NCBI GenBank assembly: GCA_963607545.1
Contig: CAVDCP010000012.1
Location: forward strand, 432 to 64,431
Source: a bacterium
Lineage (GTDB): Bacteria; Bacteroidota; Bacteroidia; Bacteroidales; Bacteroidaceae
Length of the DNA stretch: 64,000 bases
Direction of reading: 5' to 3'
A model generated the notes under the pieces. It was given only the letters and a program-made list of their open reading frames with translations. It made no database searches and was not told the DNA's origin. Below, in pieces: positions 1-9,918 of this stretch. Made by a program: the position numbers and the translations under genes. How positions within the stretch are numbered: the first letter of the stretch is position 1; each line of letters opens with the position of its first letter.

Positions 1-978
1 GCCGAAAAGGCTGTAGCTTGCGGACAGAGGCACGCCTATGTAGTGCAGGGTCTGCTTCTCGCAGATTTCGTCGGAGCCCGACGACTGTATGAAGTCAGAC
101 GCGGCACGAGTGTACACCAGACCCGTTGCGAGCGTGACGCGTTTGCCAAAAGCATAGCTTGCAGTTGCGCCCACCGAAACTGGAATGTTGTGATGACGCG
201 CTTCGCGGTAATTGGCGAGTTGCAGCGGATAGCTGCTCATGAGCAAGCCTTCGGGTTCGGCGGTATTCACCATGCTGCTGCGCGCCGTAAGGGCAGGCAT
301 CTGCGACTGCCGGCTTTCGGTCATGATGTTTCCAGTGTGCACGCCGAAGCTCCAGCCCGAAGCCTTGCCGCGCGCCGACGGTTGTGCCGTATATGCCGGT
401 GGCACAGTGTGCCCGGCGGCGTTGCCCTGACTGTTGTGCACGTGCGTGCGCGCAGACGACCGGTCGTGCGGTGTCGCTCCGCTCTCAGCCGAAGCGGCAT
501 CGGGCAGCTCTGACGGCATATCGGTTGCGGCGGCAGTTGATGCCAGCACAGTGGCCACGGGGGCATTCTGCGCCACGACTGCCCCGTCAGCATTGCCTTC
601 GGCCATGGCGGCGTGTGCCACGAGTGTCGCTGCCGATTGCGCCAAACGGCCTTCGGCGGCAAAGGTGCCGCTTTCAGATGCAGCGGCGGTTTTGCCCGGC
701 ACAGGCATGGCGGCATTTTTCTGCACGGCAGCAGCCGTGGGCCCACTGTTGAGTGTGGCTATCGTGTCGCGGTTTATGTGATATGCCCCCACAACCAGCA
801 GCAGTATTGCCGCTGCCGCGCCTATCCATGCGGTCAGGCGCATCGTGACGACATTGCCACGCTTTTTGGCTGGCTTGTCGAGTTGGCTTTCTATCTTGTC
901 CCACAAACCGTCGGGCACACTTGCCTTGTGGTCGCTCAGGCGGTCGTGCAGTTGCTGTGTCCAGTCGTTATGTTTCAT
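1..978 (-). CDS. Anti-sigma-like protein with TM helix, Ala-rich linker and outer-membrane beta-barrel (Dma/Reo-like); 3' end runs off the window
   Basis: Not in ORF track. Manual translation from ATG at 978 (ATGA overlap with sigma stop): MKHNDWTQQLHDRLSDHKASVPDGLWDKIESQL...AWIGAAAAILLLVVGAY, long Ala-rich linker, then beta-strand patterns (WSFGVHTG, HHNIPVSVGATASY, LATGLVYT, LHYIGVPLSASY). Confidence 0.8.
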   Translation of the reverse strand, partial: MKHNDWTQQLHDRLSDHKASVPDGLWDKIESQLDKPAKKRGNVVTMRLTAWIGAAAAILLLVVGAYHINRDTIATLNSGPTAAAVQKNAAMPVPGKTAAASESGTFAAEGRLAQSAATLVAHAAMAEGNADGAVVAQNAPVATVLASTAAATDMPSELPDAASAESGATPHDRSSARTHVHNSQGNAAGHTVPPAYTAQPSARGKASGWSFGVHTGNIMTESRQSQMPALTARSSMVNTAEPEGLLMSSYPLQLANYREARHHNIPVSVGATASYAFGKRVTLATGLVYTRAASDFIQSSGSDEICEKQTLHYIGVPLSASYSLFG

Positions 979-1526
979 GAGTTTTGCTTTTTGTTGTATT
1001 CATTGATGAGGCGGGCAAGCATCTTCTTGGCATGAAAGTATTGCGATGCCGACGTGCTCGCGCTTATGCCGAGCTTGGCGGCTATCTCCTTGTGGCTCAA
1101 TTCGCCGAAGACGTAGAGGTTGAGCACCACGCGGTAGCCGTCGGGGAGCTGCCCTATCAGTCCGGCGAGTGCCTCGTCGGTGATGCCAGTCGTGTCGGGT
1201 TCTTCTTCGTCGGGGCAGTCGGGTATTTCGTCGGTGAACACGATGCGCTTGTTGCGGCGCAGAAACCCGAGGGCCTCATTGGCCACAATGCGCGAAATCC
1301 AGGCTTTCAACGTGCCTTCGCCACGGTAGGTAAAGGTGTTGACAGACTGGAATATCTTGATGAAACTGTCTTGCATTATGTCGAGCACATCGTCGCGGTC
1401 GGGCACATAGCGCAGCCCTATTGCCATGGCATATCCCGAATAGGTGTCGAAAAGCTGCCGCATTGCCTTGCGGTCGCCGCGCTTTATGTCGCCAACAAGA
1501 CGTTCTTCTGTGTTTATCAATGTCAC
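975..1526 (-). CDS. ECF RNA polymerase sigma factor
   Basis: Region 2 (DIMQDSFIKIF...WISRIVANEAL) and region 4 (LPDGYRVVLNLYVFGELSHKEIAAKLGIS), 183 aa. Confidence 0.95.
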   Translation of the reverse strand: MTLINTEERLVGDIKRGDRKAMRQLFDTYSGYAMAIGLRYVPDRDDVLDIMQDSFIKIFQSVNTFTYRGEGTLKAWISRIVANEALGFLRRNKRIVFTDEIPDCPDEEEPDTTGITDEALAGLIGQLPDGYRVVLNLYVFGELSHKEIAAKLGISASTSASQYFHAKKMLARLINEYNKKQNS

Positions 1527-2098
1527 TTGACCCGTTTCGTTGTGGTGAATTGTATCTTTACCGAAATGTTATGGCTCGTTTTCTGCCCGGTGTCGGCATC
1601 GGTAACAGTGGCCGCCGTGGCCCACAGCACCACGGTATATACACCGCTCTGACGCGACAACGTGCCCCACGAACCGTTGGAACCATCGTAGGCCGACTGG
1701 AACGAGACATCGACATGTTTGTGCACACCGCCGACAGCGGCTTCGAAGGCCCAGTTGTTGGGGGCAAGCGTGTAGATGACGGTGCGGTCGGTGTAAGCAA
1801 TGTCGGCACACGGCACGATGTAGCCCGACGGATTTTCGATTGTTGCAGGCTGGTCGGAAAACAGGCACTTTGCTATGCCGACAAAGGGCATGTCGGAAAA
1901 AATAAAGGCGTTGTCGGTTACTTTCACTTTCGACGGTGTGCCGCTCTCGCCGTTTATTGTCCACTGCCCGTAATAATCGGCAGACTGTGCAAGGCTGCTG
2001 TATTCGAGTTGCATGCCGTCGCCGGAGTCGGGGCTGCATGCAGCAAAGGTTATGACTGCGGCCAATGCCAGCAGGACATCTGATAGTGTTTTGATCAT
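1523..2098 (-). CDS. Hypothetical lipoprotein
   Basis: Signal peptide II-like MIKTLSDVLLALAAVITFAAC; overlaps sigma start by 4 nt; ATG at 2098 preferred over the track's TTG start. Confidence 0.75.
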   Translation of the reverse strand: MIKTLSDVLLALAAVITFAACSPDSGDGMQLEYSSLAQSADYYGQWTINGESGTPSKVKVTDNAFIFSDMPFVGIAKCLFSDQPATIENPSGYIVPCADIAYTDRTVIYTLAPNNWAFEAAVGGVHKHVDVSFQSAYDGSNGSWGTLSRQSGVYTVVLWATAATVTDADTGQKTSHNISVKIQFTTTKRVK

Positions 2099-2350
2099 AA
2101 ACTGTGGCAAGGAGGCGTTGCGGAGGGTTGTTTTCAGGGCATCCGCAGAGCTTCCTTCATAAGGATAATGCCGAAAACCGGCAATTATTGTATGCGGGCA
2201 TGTGTTTTTTCTGTATGTTTTTTATTGTTTCAAAAATCATGTGTAAGCATTGGTAAGCGCATCATGCCGATTTGGTGTAAGTTTTGGTAAGCAAACCCTA
2301 CACATTCTGCATGATTATCGTGCAGAATGTGCAGACCGCCTAAAAATAAC

Positions 2351-2392
2351 TTAGGCTGTAAACCCCTTTATATATCGGGGCTTACAGCCTAA
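2351..2392 (-). terminator. Hairpin after ppdK (terminator and/or att-associated inverted repeat)
   Basis: TTAGGCTGTAAACCCC-N10-GGGGCTTACAGCCTAA, followed by a T-rich tract on the minus strand. Confidence 0.6.
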
Positions 2393-2418
2393 CTCCTTGG
2401 ATTTAGAGGACTTTCGTG

Positions 2419-5139
2419 TTATTCCTCCACAGCAGCCTGCGCCGCAGCCAAACGTGCTATGGGCACGCGGAACGGAGAGCAGCTAACGTAGTTGAGACCT
2501 GCACGGTGACAGAACTTCACTGAAGAAGGTTCACCGCCATGCTCGCCACAGATTCCGCATGTCAATGTCGGACGTGTCTTGCGGCCTTTCTCTACTGCCA
2601 TGTTGATAAGTTGGCCGACACCATTCTGGTCGAGCACCTGGAACGGGTCTACGCTAAGAATCTTCTTGTCAAGATATGCAGGGAGGAAGCTGGCAATATC
2701 ATCGCGGCTATAACCAAACGTCATCTGCGTAAGGTCATTTGTACCGAAGCTGAAATATTCAGCCTTCTTGGCAATATAGTCTGCAGTAAGGGCAGCACGA
2801 GGAATCTCAATCATAGTTCCGACACGGAACGGTATCTCGATGCCTTCCTTCTCGAACAAAGCCTTTGCAGTGTCACGGATGACCTTTTCCTGCAAGTCGA
2901 ACTCGTTGACTATACCGATGAGCGGCACCATGATTTCAGGATGCGGATCGTATCCTTCTTTCTTCAACTGTATTGCAGCACCAAGAATGGCCTCTGTCTG
3001 CATCTCTGTGATTTCGGGATATGTGTTTCCCAAACGGCATCCACGATGACCGAGCATGGGGTTGTGCTCACTGAGACTGTTGACACGTTGTTGGATTTTC
3101 TGTACGGACACGCCCATCTCGTCAGCCATAATCTTCTGTCCTTCCAAGTCATGGGGAACGAACTCATGCAACGGCGGGTCGAGCAGACGGATATTGACGG
3201 GATGACCATCCATGGCCTTCAGTATGCCATAGAAATCCTGCTGCTGATAGGGCAACAACTTGGCCAATGCTTTCTTGCGTCCTTCCACAGTTTCGGAAAG
3301 AATCATCTCACGCATAGCCTTAATCTTCTCATTGTCGAAGAACATGTGTTCTGTACGGCAAAGACCTATACCGACAGCACCAAAGCTGCGGGCAACCTCT
3401 GCATCATGGGGAGTGTCGGCATTTGTGCGAACAACAAGTTTGGTATACTTGTCGCAAAGGTTCATCAGTTTGGCGAAATCGCCTGACACCTTTGCCGGCT
3501 GGGTTTTAACTTCGCCCTGATATACTTCGCCAGTAGAACCATTGATAGAAAGATAGTCGCCCTCTTTAAGCACTACACCATCTATTTCCACTGTACGAGC
3601 CTTATAGTCAACATTGATAGCACCTGCACCCGAAACGCAGCACTTGCCCATACCACGGGCAACAACGGCAGCATGTGAGGTCATACCGCCACGGGCTGTC
3701 AATATGCCTTCTGCGGCAGACATACCTGCAAGGTCTTCAGGACTGGTTTCAATACGCACCATAACTACCTGACGGCCTGCCTCATGCCATTCTTTGGCAT
3801 CATCTGCGAAGAATACGATTTGTCCACAAGCAGCACCGGGAGATGCGGGAAGTCCACGGGTGAGAACCTTTGCAGCCTTGAGGGCTTCTTTGTCAAACAC
3901 GGGATGGAGTAACTCGTCAAGTTTATTGGGCTCGCAACGCTGCAAAGCTGTCTTCTCATCGATTTCGCCTTCGGCAAGCAAGTCCATGGCAATCTTCACC
4001 ATGGCAGTACCCGTGCGTTTACCGTTACGGGTCTGGAGAAACCACAGTTTGCCTTCCTGTACGGTGAACTCCATGTCCTGCATATCATGATAGTGCTTTT
4101 CGAGTTTGTCCTGCAAAGCATCAAGTTGGGCATAGATTTCAGGCATAGCCTCTTCCATAGAAGGATATTTCGAGGCACGGGTTTCTTCGTCAATTTCCTG
4201 CTGAGCAGCCCAACGCATGGAACCTTCTTTTGTGATTTGCTGTGGCGTACGGATACCTGCCACAACATCTTCACCTTGGGCATTTACCAGATACTCGCCA
4301 TTGAAGCGGTTCTCGCCTGTAGCAGCGTCACGGCTAAAGCATACACCAGTAGCCGAAGTGTTGCCCATATTACCAAATACCATGGCCATCACGCTCACAG
4401 CTGTTCCCCACTCTGCCGGAATGCCTTCCATCTTACGGTAGAGAATGGCGCGCTCGTTCATCCAGCTGTCAAACACTGCACATATAGCGCCCCACAACTG
4501 TTCCATAGGATCGTCGGGGAAATCCTTACCTGTTTGTTTCTTGATAGCCTCCTTGAAAAGTTTGACGAGCTGTTTGAGTTCATCCACATTAAGCTCATTG
4601 TCCAGCTTTATACCGCGCTGGGCCTTTACCTGCTGTATAATGGCTTCAAACGGATCGATGTCTTCCTTATTCACCGGCTTCATGCCAAGCACCACATCGC
4701 CATACATCTGTACAAAACGACGATAGCTGTCATAAGCGAAACGCTCATTGCCGGTTTTCTTGGCAAGGCCTTCCACTACTGTATCATTGAGACCAAGGTT
4801 AAGAATCGTGTCCATCATGCCTGGCATTGAGGCACGGGCTCCTGAGCGGACAGAAACGAGAAGAGGATTTTCTGCATCTCCGAACTTGCTGTTCATAAGC
4901 GTCTCTATGTGACGCACTGAATTCTCCACATCTTTCGTCAGCAAAGCAACGACTTCTTCCTTGCCTTTTTCAAAGTATTCGTTGCACACATCTGTCGTGA
5001 TGGTAAATCCCGGAGGAACTGGCACGCCGATAAGGTTCATCTCGGCAAGATTTGCGCCCTTGCCGCCAAGCAGATTTCTCATGTCCGCTTTACCTTCAGC
5101 CTTTCCATTGCCAAAAGTATAAACTCTTTTTTCGTTCAT
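2419..5139 (-). CDS. ppdK: Pyruvate, phosphate dikinase
   Basis: LLGGKGANLAEM, LLVSVRSGA, phospho-His GGMTSHAAVVARG, GIGLCRTEHMF, GICGEHGG. Confidence 0.98.
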   Translation of the reverse strand: MNEKRVYTFGNGKAEGKADMRNLLGGKGANLAEMNLIGVPVPPGFTITTDVCNEYFEKGKEEVVALLTKDVENSVRHIETLMNSKFGDAENPLLVSVRSGARASMPGMMDTILNLGLNDTVVEGLAKKTGNERFAYDSYRRFVQMYGDVVLGMKPVNKEDIDPFEAIIQQVKAQRGIKLDNELNVDELKQLVKLFKEAIKKQTGKDFPDDPMEQLWGAICAVFDSWMNERAILYRKMEGIPAEWGTAVSVMAMVFGNMGNTSATGVCFSRDAATGENRFNGEYLVNAQGEDVVAGIRTPQQITKEGSMRWAAQQEIDEETRASKYPSMEEAMPEIYAQLDALQDKLEKHYHDMQDMEFTVQEGKLWFLQTRNGKRTGTAMVKIAMDLLAEGEIDEKTALQRCEPNKLDELLHPVFDKEALKAAKVLTRGLPASPGAACGQIVFFADDAKEWHEAGRQVVMVRIETSPEDLAGMSAAEGILTARGGMTSHAAVVARGMGKCCVSGAGAINVDYKARTVEIDGVVLKEGDYLSINGSTGEVYQGEVKTQPAKVSGDFAKLMNLCDKYTKLVVRTNADTPHDAEVARSFGAVGIGLCRTEHMFFDNEKIKAMREMILSETVEGRKKALAKLLPYQQQDFYGILKAMDGHPVNIRLLDPPLHEFVPHDLEGQKIMADEMGVSVQKIQQRVNSLSEHNPMLGHRGCRLGNTYPEITEMQTEAILGAAIQLKKEGYDPHPEIMVPLIGIVNEFDLQEKVIRDTAKALFEKEGIEIPFRVGTMIEIPRAALTADYIAKKAEYFSFGTNDLTQMTFGYSRDDIASFLPAYLDKKILSVDPFQVLDQNGVGQLINMAVEKGRKTRPTLTCGICGEHGGEPSSVKFCHRAGLNYVSCSPFRVPIARLAAAQAAVEE

Positions 5140-5265
5140 AGTCAATTAGGTCTATTGTTAATTATAATTGTTTACACACAAATAAGCGAAGCATTCAACG
5201 ACAACCAGCCGTTGCCGTATCAAAAACGATGCCTGTGCTTTCCTTAAATATATATTATGTTACTG

Positions 5266-5273
5266 CAAAGATA
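5266..5273 (-). promoter_or_regulatory. Bacteroidetes -7 promoter element for ppdK
   Basis: TATCTTTG on minus strand matches TAnnTTTG. Confidence 0.55.
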
Positions 5274-5347
5274 GTTCGTATTTTGTGATAATGCAAATTT
5301 TTAATGGCAAATTTGCAAAGTCGGCTTTACATTTTTCACTGTTTACG

Positions 5348-6208
5348 CTAACAATCGTATTTCTGATGAAATTTCACGAGTTTCTCCAAAGGACTTCTTT
5401 CAACAATCCCTATCTCATGCCCCAACTTCGCTGCTGCAACACAAAGTTGTTCTTTGAAAAAATAAGCTATGCTGCCAACTGCATTTATTTTCTTTTCGTG
5501 CAGACCATATGCCTCAATGTTGTTCTTTATAAAATCGCAGAAATTTTCAACTACGATTTTTTCCAGACTTTCACATCCGATATTCTCTTTTATAAACTTT
5601 GAAAAAGAAGCGAGGTATCGGTTTGCAGAAGGTTGCTTATATACATTATATATAATGTCTGACACTGTAAGATTATATTCCTTTTGAAATTTGTCACGCA
5701 GCCATTCTGGCAACCGGCCTTTAAACATTGCATTGACAAACAACCGGCCAAGCACTGCCCCACTCCCTTCATCACCAAGGATGTAACCCAACGCAGGGGT
5801 CTGTGCTATGATTTTATTTCCATCGTACACACAGGAATTAGCTCCTGTACCCAAAATACAGGCCACGCCATACTCGTTTCCGCAAAGAGCCTTTGCAGCT
5901 CCAAGCATGTCGCTTCCAACAAAAATGCTGACATCTTCACCAAACATTTTCTTCAGGCTATTTCCAACAAGTACCGATGACGACTCCGTGCAACCGGCCC
6001 CGTAAAAGCATACATTCTGCAAAGCGTCCACATTAATGCTTTGTTCGGCAATACTCTTACACAATTCTTCCTCCAACACCCCGGCAATGGCAGCCGAGGT
6101 TTGTGTTGAAGGATTTATGCCCGAAGTGCGGACAACAGTCGTGTGCCCGTTGTCACCCACAAAACACCAGTCGGTCTTGGTGCTTCCGCTATCCACAATC
6201 AACTGCAT
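5348..6208 (-). CDS. BadF/BadG/BcrA/BcrD ATPase family, N-acetylglucosamine-kinase-like sugar kinase
   Basis: DSGSTKTDW, FYGAG, ILGTGANS, LGYILGDEGSGA motifs. Confidence 0.85.
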   Translation of the reverse strand: MQLIVDSGSTKTDWCFVGDNGHTTVVRTSGINPSTQTSAAIAGVLEEELCKSIAEQSINVDALQNVCFYGAGCTESSSVLVGNSLKKMFGEDVSIFVGSDMLGAAKALCGNEYGVACILGTGANSCVYDGNKIIAQTPALGYILGDEGSGAVLGRLFVNAMFKGRLPEWLRDKFQKEYNLTVSDIIYNVYKQPSANRYLASFSKFIKENIGCESLEKIVVENFCDFIKNNIEAYGLHEKKINAVGSIAYFFKEQLCVAAAKLGHEIGIVERSPLEKLVKFHQKYDC

Positions 6209-6209
6209 G

Positions 6210-6365
6210 TCATCTGAAATAAAGGAAATAAACCACGCCTATGATTATGGCCGTAGCCACACAGAGCAGCAACTTAACCACACATCCTGTAATCTTTTTC
6301 ACGGCAACCACTCCTATTATGACTGCCAAAATACAAAAGGCATATAAAGCGAAATCTGAATGCAT
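6210..6365 (-). CDS. Small two-TM membrane protein (51 aa)
   Basis: Below track cutoff; MHSDFALYAFCILAVIIGVVAVKKITGCVVKLLLCVATAIIIGVVYFLYFR*, stop 1 nt from the kinase ATG. Confidence 0.7.
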   Translation of the reverse strand: MHSDFALYAFCILAVIIGVVAVKKITGCVVKLLLCVATAIIIGVVYFLYFR

Positions 6366-6491
6366 ATTATTGTTTATAATTTCTTTATGTTTTTATCACT
6401 CTCTATCAAAATCAAAATGTGGCACAAGAGCAAGCTTTACCGGCTTATCCCGTGCCACATTATGTTTTAAAATGATTTCAACAGTTTCAGC

Positions 6492-7223
6492 TTATTCAGC
6501 AGGTTTCATGTTCGTGTATACATTCTGCACATCATCAAACTCCTCGAGCTTCTCCACCATCTTGTCGATGGTAGCACGATCGTCGCCGGAAAGGTCTTTA
6601 AGGTCATTGGGCATGTATGTGAATTCGCCGCCGATATCCTCAAATCCTTTTTCCTCCAGGAATTTCTGAATTTGTGCATAGCATTTAGTATCGTCGCCGT
6701 AAATGGTGATGGTACCTTCCTCGTCGTCTACATCATACTCGTCTTCCACATTGAAGTCGATAAGTTCAAGAATCAACTCGTCCATGTCCACATCGTCCTT
6801 TTTCTTGAACGTGAACACGCACTTGTGGTCGAACAAATACGACAACGATCCGGTTGTGCCCAACGTGCCGCTGAATTTGTTGAATACCGAGCGCACGTCA
6901 GCAACGGTTCTTGTAGTATTGTCAGTCAAAGTGTCAACAAACACGGCTATTCCATGAGGGCCATATCCTTCATATGTAACCTCCTTGTATTCACTCTGGT
7001 CTTTTCCCATTGCATTCTTGATTGCACGCTCAATGTTGTCCTTCGGCATGTTTTCACGCTTGCAAGTGGCGATTATCGAACGCAATGTCGGATTGTTTTC
7101 AGGTTCAGGGCCACCAGTCTTAACCGCGATGGCAATCTGCTTGCCAAGGCGTGTGAATGTCTTTGCCATGTGTCCCCAACGTTTCAGCTTCGTAGCCTTA
7201 CGATATTCAAATGCTCTTCCCAT
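6492..7223 (-). CDS. yebC: YebC/PmpR family protein
   Basis: MGRAFEYRKATK, NMPKDNIERAI, YEGYGPHG, TDNTTRT, DDVQNVYTN. Confidence 0.95.
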   Translation of the reverse strand: MGRAFEYRKATKLKRWGHMAKTFTRLGKQIAIAVKTGGPEPENNPTLRSIIATCKRENMPKDNIERAIKNAMGKDQSEYKEVTYEGYGPHGIAVFVDTLTDNTTRTVADVRSVFNKFSGTLGTTGSLSYLFDHKCVFTFKKKDDVDMDELILELIDFNVEDEYDVDDEEGTITIYGDDTKCYAQIQKFLEEKGFEDIGGEFTYMPNDLKDLSGDDRATIDKMVEKLEEFDDVQNVYTNMKPAE

Positions 7224-7290
7224 AATAGAGTGTTTTCTTTATTTTATTGCCAGAGCGCACATACACCTCCGGCGTTTTTGTTTTTAGTTG

Positions 7291-9753
7291 TTATCTTAAT
7301 TCTGCGCCCAGTTTCGATTTCAGGTTTGCTACCAACTTGGACATTATTGCATCAATCTGTTTGTCGGCCAGAGTCTTGCTGTCATCCTGCAACACGAAGT
7401 TCACGGCATAGCTCTTCTTTCCAGAAGGAAGGTTCTTTCCTTCATATACATCGAACAACTCGACACTTTTCAGGATTTTCTTGGCCGACTGGCAGGCGAT
7501 TTGTTCTATTTCTTCAAACTTCACGCTCTTGTCTACGAGCAAAGCCAAATCGCGGCTTACCGACGGATACTTGCTTATTTCCTGATAAGTCACGGTTTTC
7601 TTCTTTACCGCAGCCACCACGTTGTCCCAATGTATGTCAGCATAGTACACCTCGTTGTCAATGTCAGCCTTGCGCAACAGTTTGCCAGCCACATTGCCGA
7701 GTTCTGCCAATATCTTGCCGTTTCTCGAGCGCAGCACGAGTGCACTGCCGAATACGTTGTTGTCGCCACTCTCAGCCACCATCTCGCCATGGCCTACGCC
7801 AAGACGTTGGAATATGTTCAACACATAAGCCTTCAACTCATAGAACGATGACTTTTCGTCGGCATGCAACCAAGACCTTTCCACACGATTGCCGGTAATC
7901 CAAAGCCCCAGATGAGTTTCTTCCGAATAGGCTTTTACGGGATTCTCCTCGTTCTTGTTGTCCTTATTGTAATGATAGCAGTTTCCGAATTCGAAGAACC
8001 TGATATTTGCCATCTTGCGGTTCACATTTCTGTTGATGCTTTCCAAACCGCCGAAAAGCAGCGACTGCCGCATAACCCCGAGATCGGAGCTCAACGGGTT
8101 CATCACCTTCACTGTGCTTTCATCCGTGTAGACGTTCAAATCGGTGTAATACCCAACTTTCGACAGAGAGTTGTTCATTATCTCGTTGAAACCGCATCCC
8201 ACGAGTTGTTCACCCACAATGTTCTGAAGATGATAGTTGCGGTCTTCATCGCCAAGAATCGTCAGCGAGCTCTTCAGTTGTGTAGGTATCTCGACATTGT
8301 TGTAGCCGTATATCCTGAGAATATCTTCAACAACATCACACGGACGCTGGACATCCACACGATAAGGGGGCACTTCAAGTTCCAAACCTGTTTCGTTCTC
8401 CGACACGACTTTCATATCGAGGTCGGTCACGATGCCCTTTATCATGTCATGTCCTATGCTCTTGCCTATGAGACGGTCAACATAGTCATATTCCAGATTC
8501 ACCTTGAAATCGGCAATAGGATTGGGATAAACATCCTTTATTTCCATGCTCACCTTGCCACCGGCCAATTCACGGCACAGTATTGCAGCCTGTTTCAACG
8601 CATAGATAATGCCGTTCGGGTCGATTCCGCGTTCGAAACGGAAGCTCGCATCGGTGCTGAGACCATGCTTGCGTGCGCTCTTGCGTATCCATGTAGGATG
8701 GAAATAAGCACTCTCAAGCACAACGTTCTTTGTCGTATCGTAAGTGCCGCTTCCCTTGCCGCCGAATATTCCGGCTATGCACATCGGATCTTCTTCGTTG
8801 CATATACTGAGATCGTGCTCGCCCAATGTGTGCTTTGCACCATCAAGAGTCACAAACTCCGTACCTTCCGGCTGTGTTCTGACAACGATTTTGTTGCCCT
8901 TCACCATGTCAGCATCAAAGCAATGCATCGGTTGGCCGTATGCCATCATCACATAGTTTGTGATGTCCACGATATTGTTTATCGGGCGAAGCCCTATCAC
9001 CTTCAGCTTGTTCTGCAGCCATTCCGGGCTTTCCTTCACCTCACATCCGGTTATGCTCACGCAAGCATATCTCTTGCAGGCATCGGTATTCTCGATGTGC
9101 ACGTCAATCGGCAGGTCGTTGTTGTCAACCTTATAAGCCGAACAGTCGGGACGGTGCAATGCAGTGGCATATCCATTACGTTTAAGCCAGGCATACAAAT
9201 CGCGCGCAACGCCCCAATGGCTCAAAGCGTCTGCGCGGTTGGCGGTAATATCAATTTCTATAACCCAGTCACTTTCAAGGTTATAATATTCGGCAGCAGA
9301 AAGTCCAACCTGTGCATCGTCGGGAAGGACTATTATGCCGTCGTGGCTGGTGCCTACCCCAATTTCGTCCTCTGCACAAATCATTCCGTAGCTGTCAACG
9401 CCACGCAACTTCGATTTCTTTATTACAAATTCCTTGTCACCGTCATACAGCACACATCCCAAATCGGCCACGATAACCTTTTGGCCCGCAGCAACATTGG
9501 GAGCACCACAAACAATCTGCTGCGGAGTCTCACGTCCCAAGTCAACGGTTGTCACATGAAGATGGTCGGAATTGGGGTGCATCTCGCATGAAAGCACCTT
9601 GCCTACATACAGACCTTTAAGGCCGCCTTTTATTGACTGGACTTCCTCAAGAGCATCAACCTCAAGTCCGCACGAGGTGAGCGCGTCAGCCACTTGTTGC
9701 GGAGACAAGTCGAAGTCCACATATTCTTTAAGCCATTTGTAAGAAATCTCCAT
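7291..9753 (-). CDS. pheT: Phenylalanine--tRNA ligase beta subunit
   Basis: HPNSDHL, IVCGAPNV, ITANRAD, TDASFRFERG, C-terminal FDX-ACB (YPSVSRDLA...GKKSYA). Confidence 0.98.
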   Translation of the reverse strand: MEISYKWLKEYVDFDLSPQQVADALTSCGLEVDALEEVQSIKGGLKGLYVGKVLSCEMHPNSDHLHVTTVDLGRETPQQIVCGAPNVAAGQKVIVADLGCVLYDGDKEFVIKKSKLRGVDSYGMICAEDEIGVGTSHDGIIVLPDDAQVGLSAAEYYNLESDWVIEIDITANRADALSHWGVARDLYAWLKRNGYATALHRPDCSAYKVDNNDLPIDVHIENTDACKRYACVSITGCEVKESPEWLQNKLKVIGLRPINNIVDITNYVMMAYGQPMHCFDADMVKGNKIVVRTQPEGTEFVTLDGAKHTLGEHDLSICNEEDPMCIAGIFGGKGSGTYDTTKNVVLESAYFHPTWIRKSARKHGLSTDASFRFERGIDPNGIIYALKQAAILCRELAGGKVSMEIKDVYPNPIADFKVNLEYDYVDRLIGKSIGHDMIKGIVTDLDMKVVSENETGLELEVPPYRVDVQRPCDVVEDILRIYGYNNVEIPTQLKSSLTILGDEDRNYHLQNIVGEQLVGCGFNEIMNNSLSKVGYYTDLNVYTDESTVKVMNPLSSDLGVMRQSLLFGGLESINRNVNRKMANIRFFEFGNCYHYNKDNKNEENPVKAYSEETHLGLWITGNRVERSWLHADEKSSFYELKAYVLNIFQRLGVGHGEMVAESGDNNVFGSALVLRSRNGKILAELGNVAGKLLRKADIDNEVYYADIHWDNVVAAVKKKTVTYQEISKYPSVSRDLALLVDKSVKFEEIEQIACQSAKKILKSVELFDVYEGKNLPSGKKSYAVNFVLQDDSKTLADKQIDAIMSKLVANLKSKLGAELR

Positions 9754-9790
9754 TACAATGATTTTATTTAAATTCTTCTGATATACAACG

Positions 9791-9798
9791 CAAAGTTA
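9791..9798 (-). promoter_or_regulatory. -7 promoter element for pheT
   Basis: TAACTTTG on minus strand. Confidence 0.55.
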
Positions 9799-9918
9799 CT
9801 ATTTTTTACGGAGTCAGACAAACCAACAATTCAAAAAGAAATGCAGTCCGGCATCATCCGAAACAACAACGGAATGGCCTTACGGGCATTTTCTACTACC
9901 CGATGCCTACCGCCGGTT

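Noticed and set aside
7864..9591. 575-aa plus-strand ORF
   Set aside because: Antisense shadow of pheT with no recognisable motifs; the same applies to most overlapping ORFs in the track
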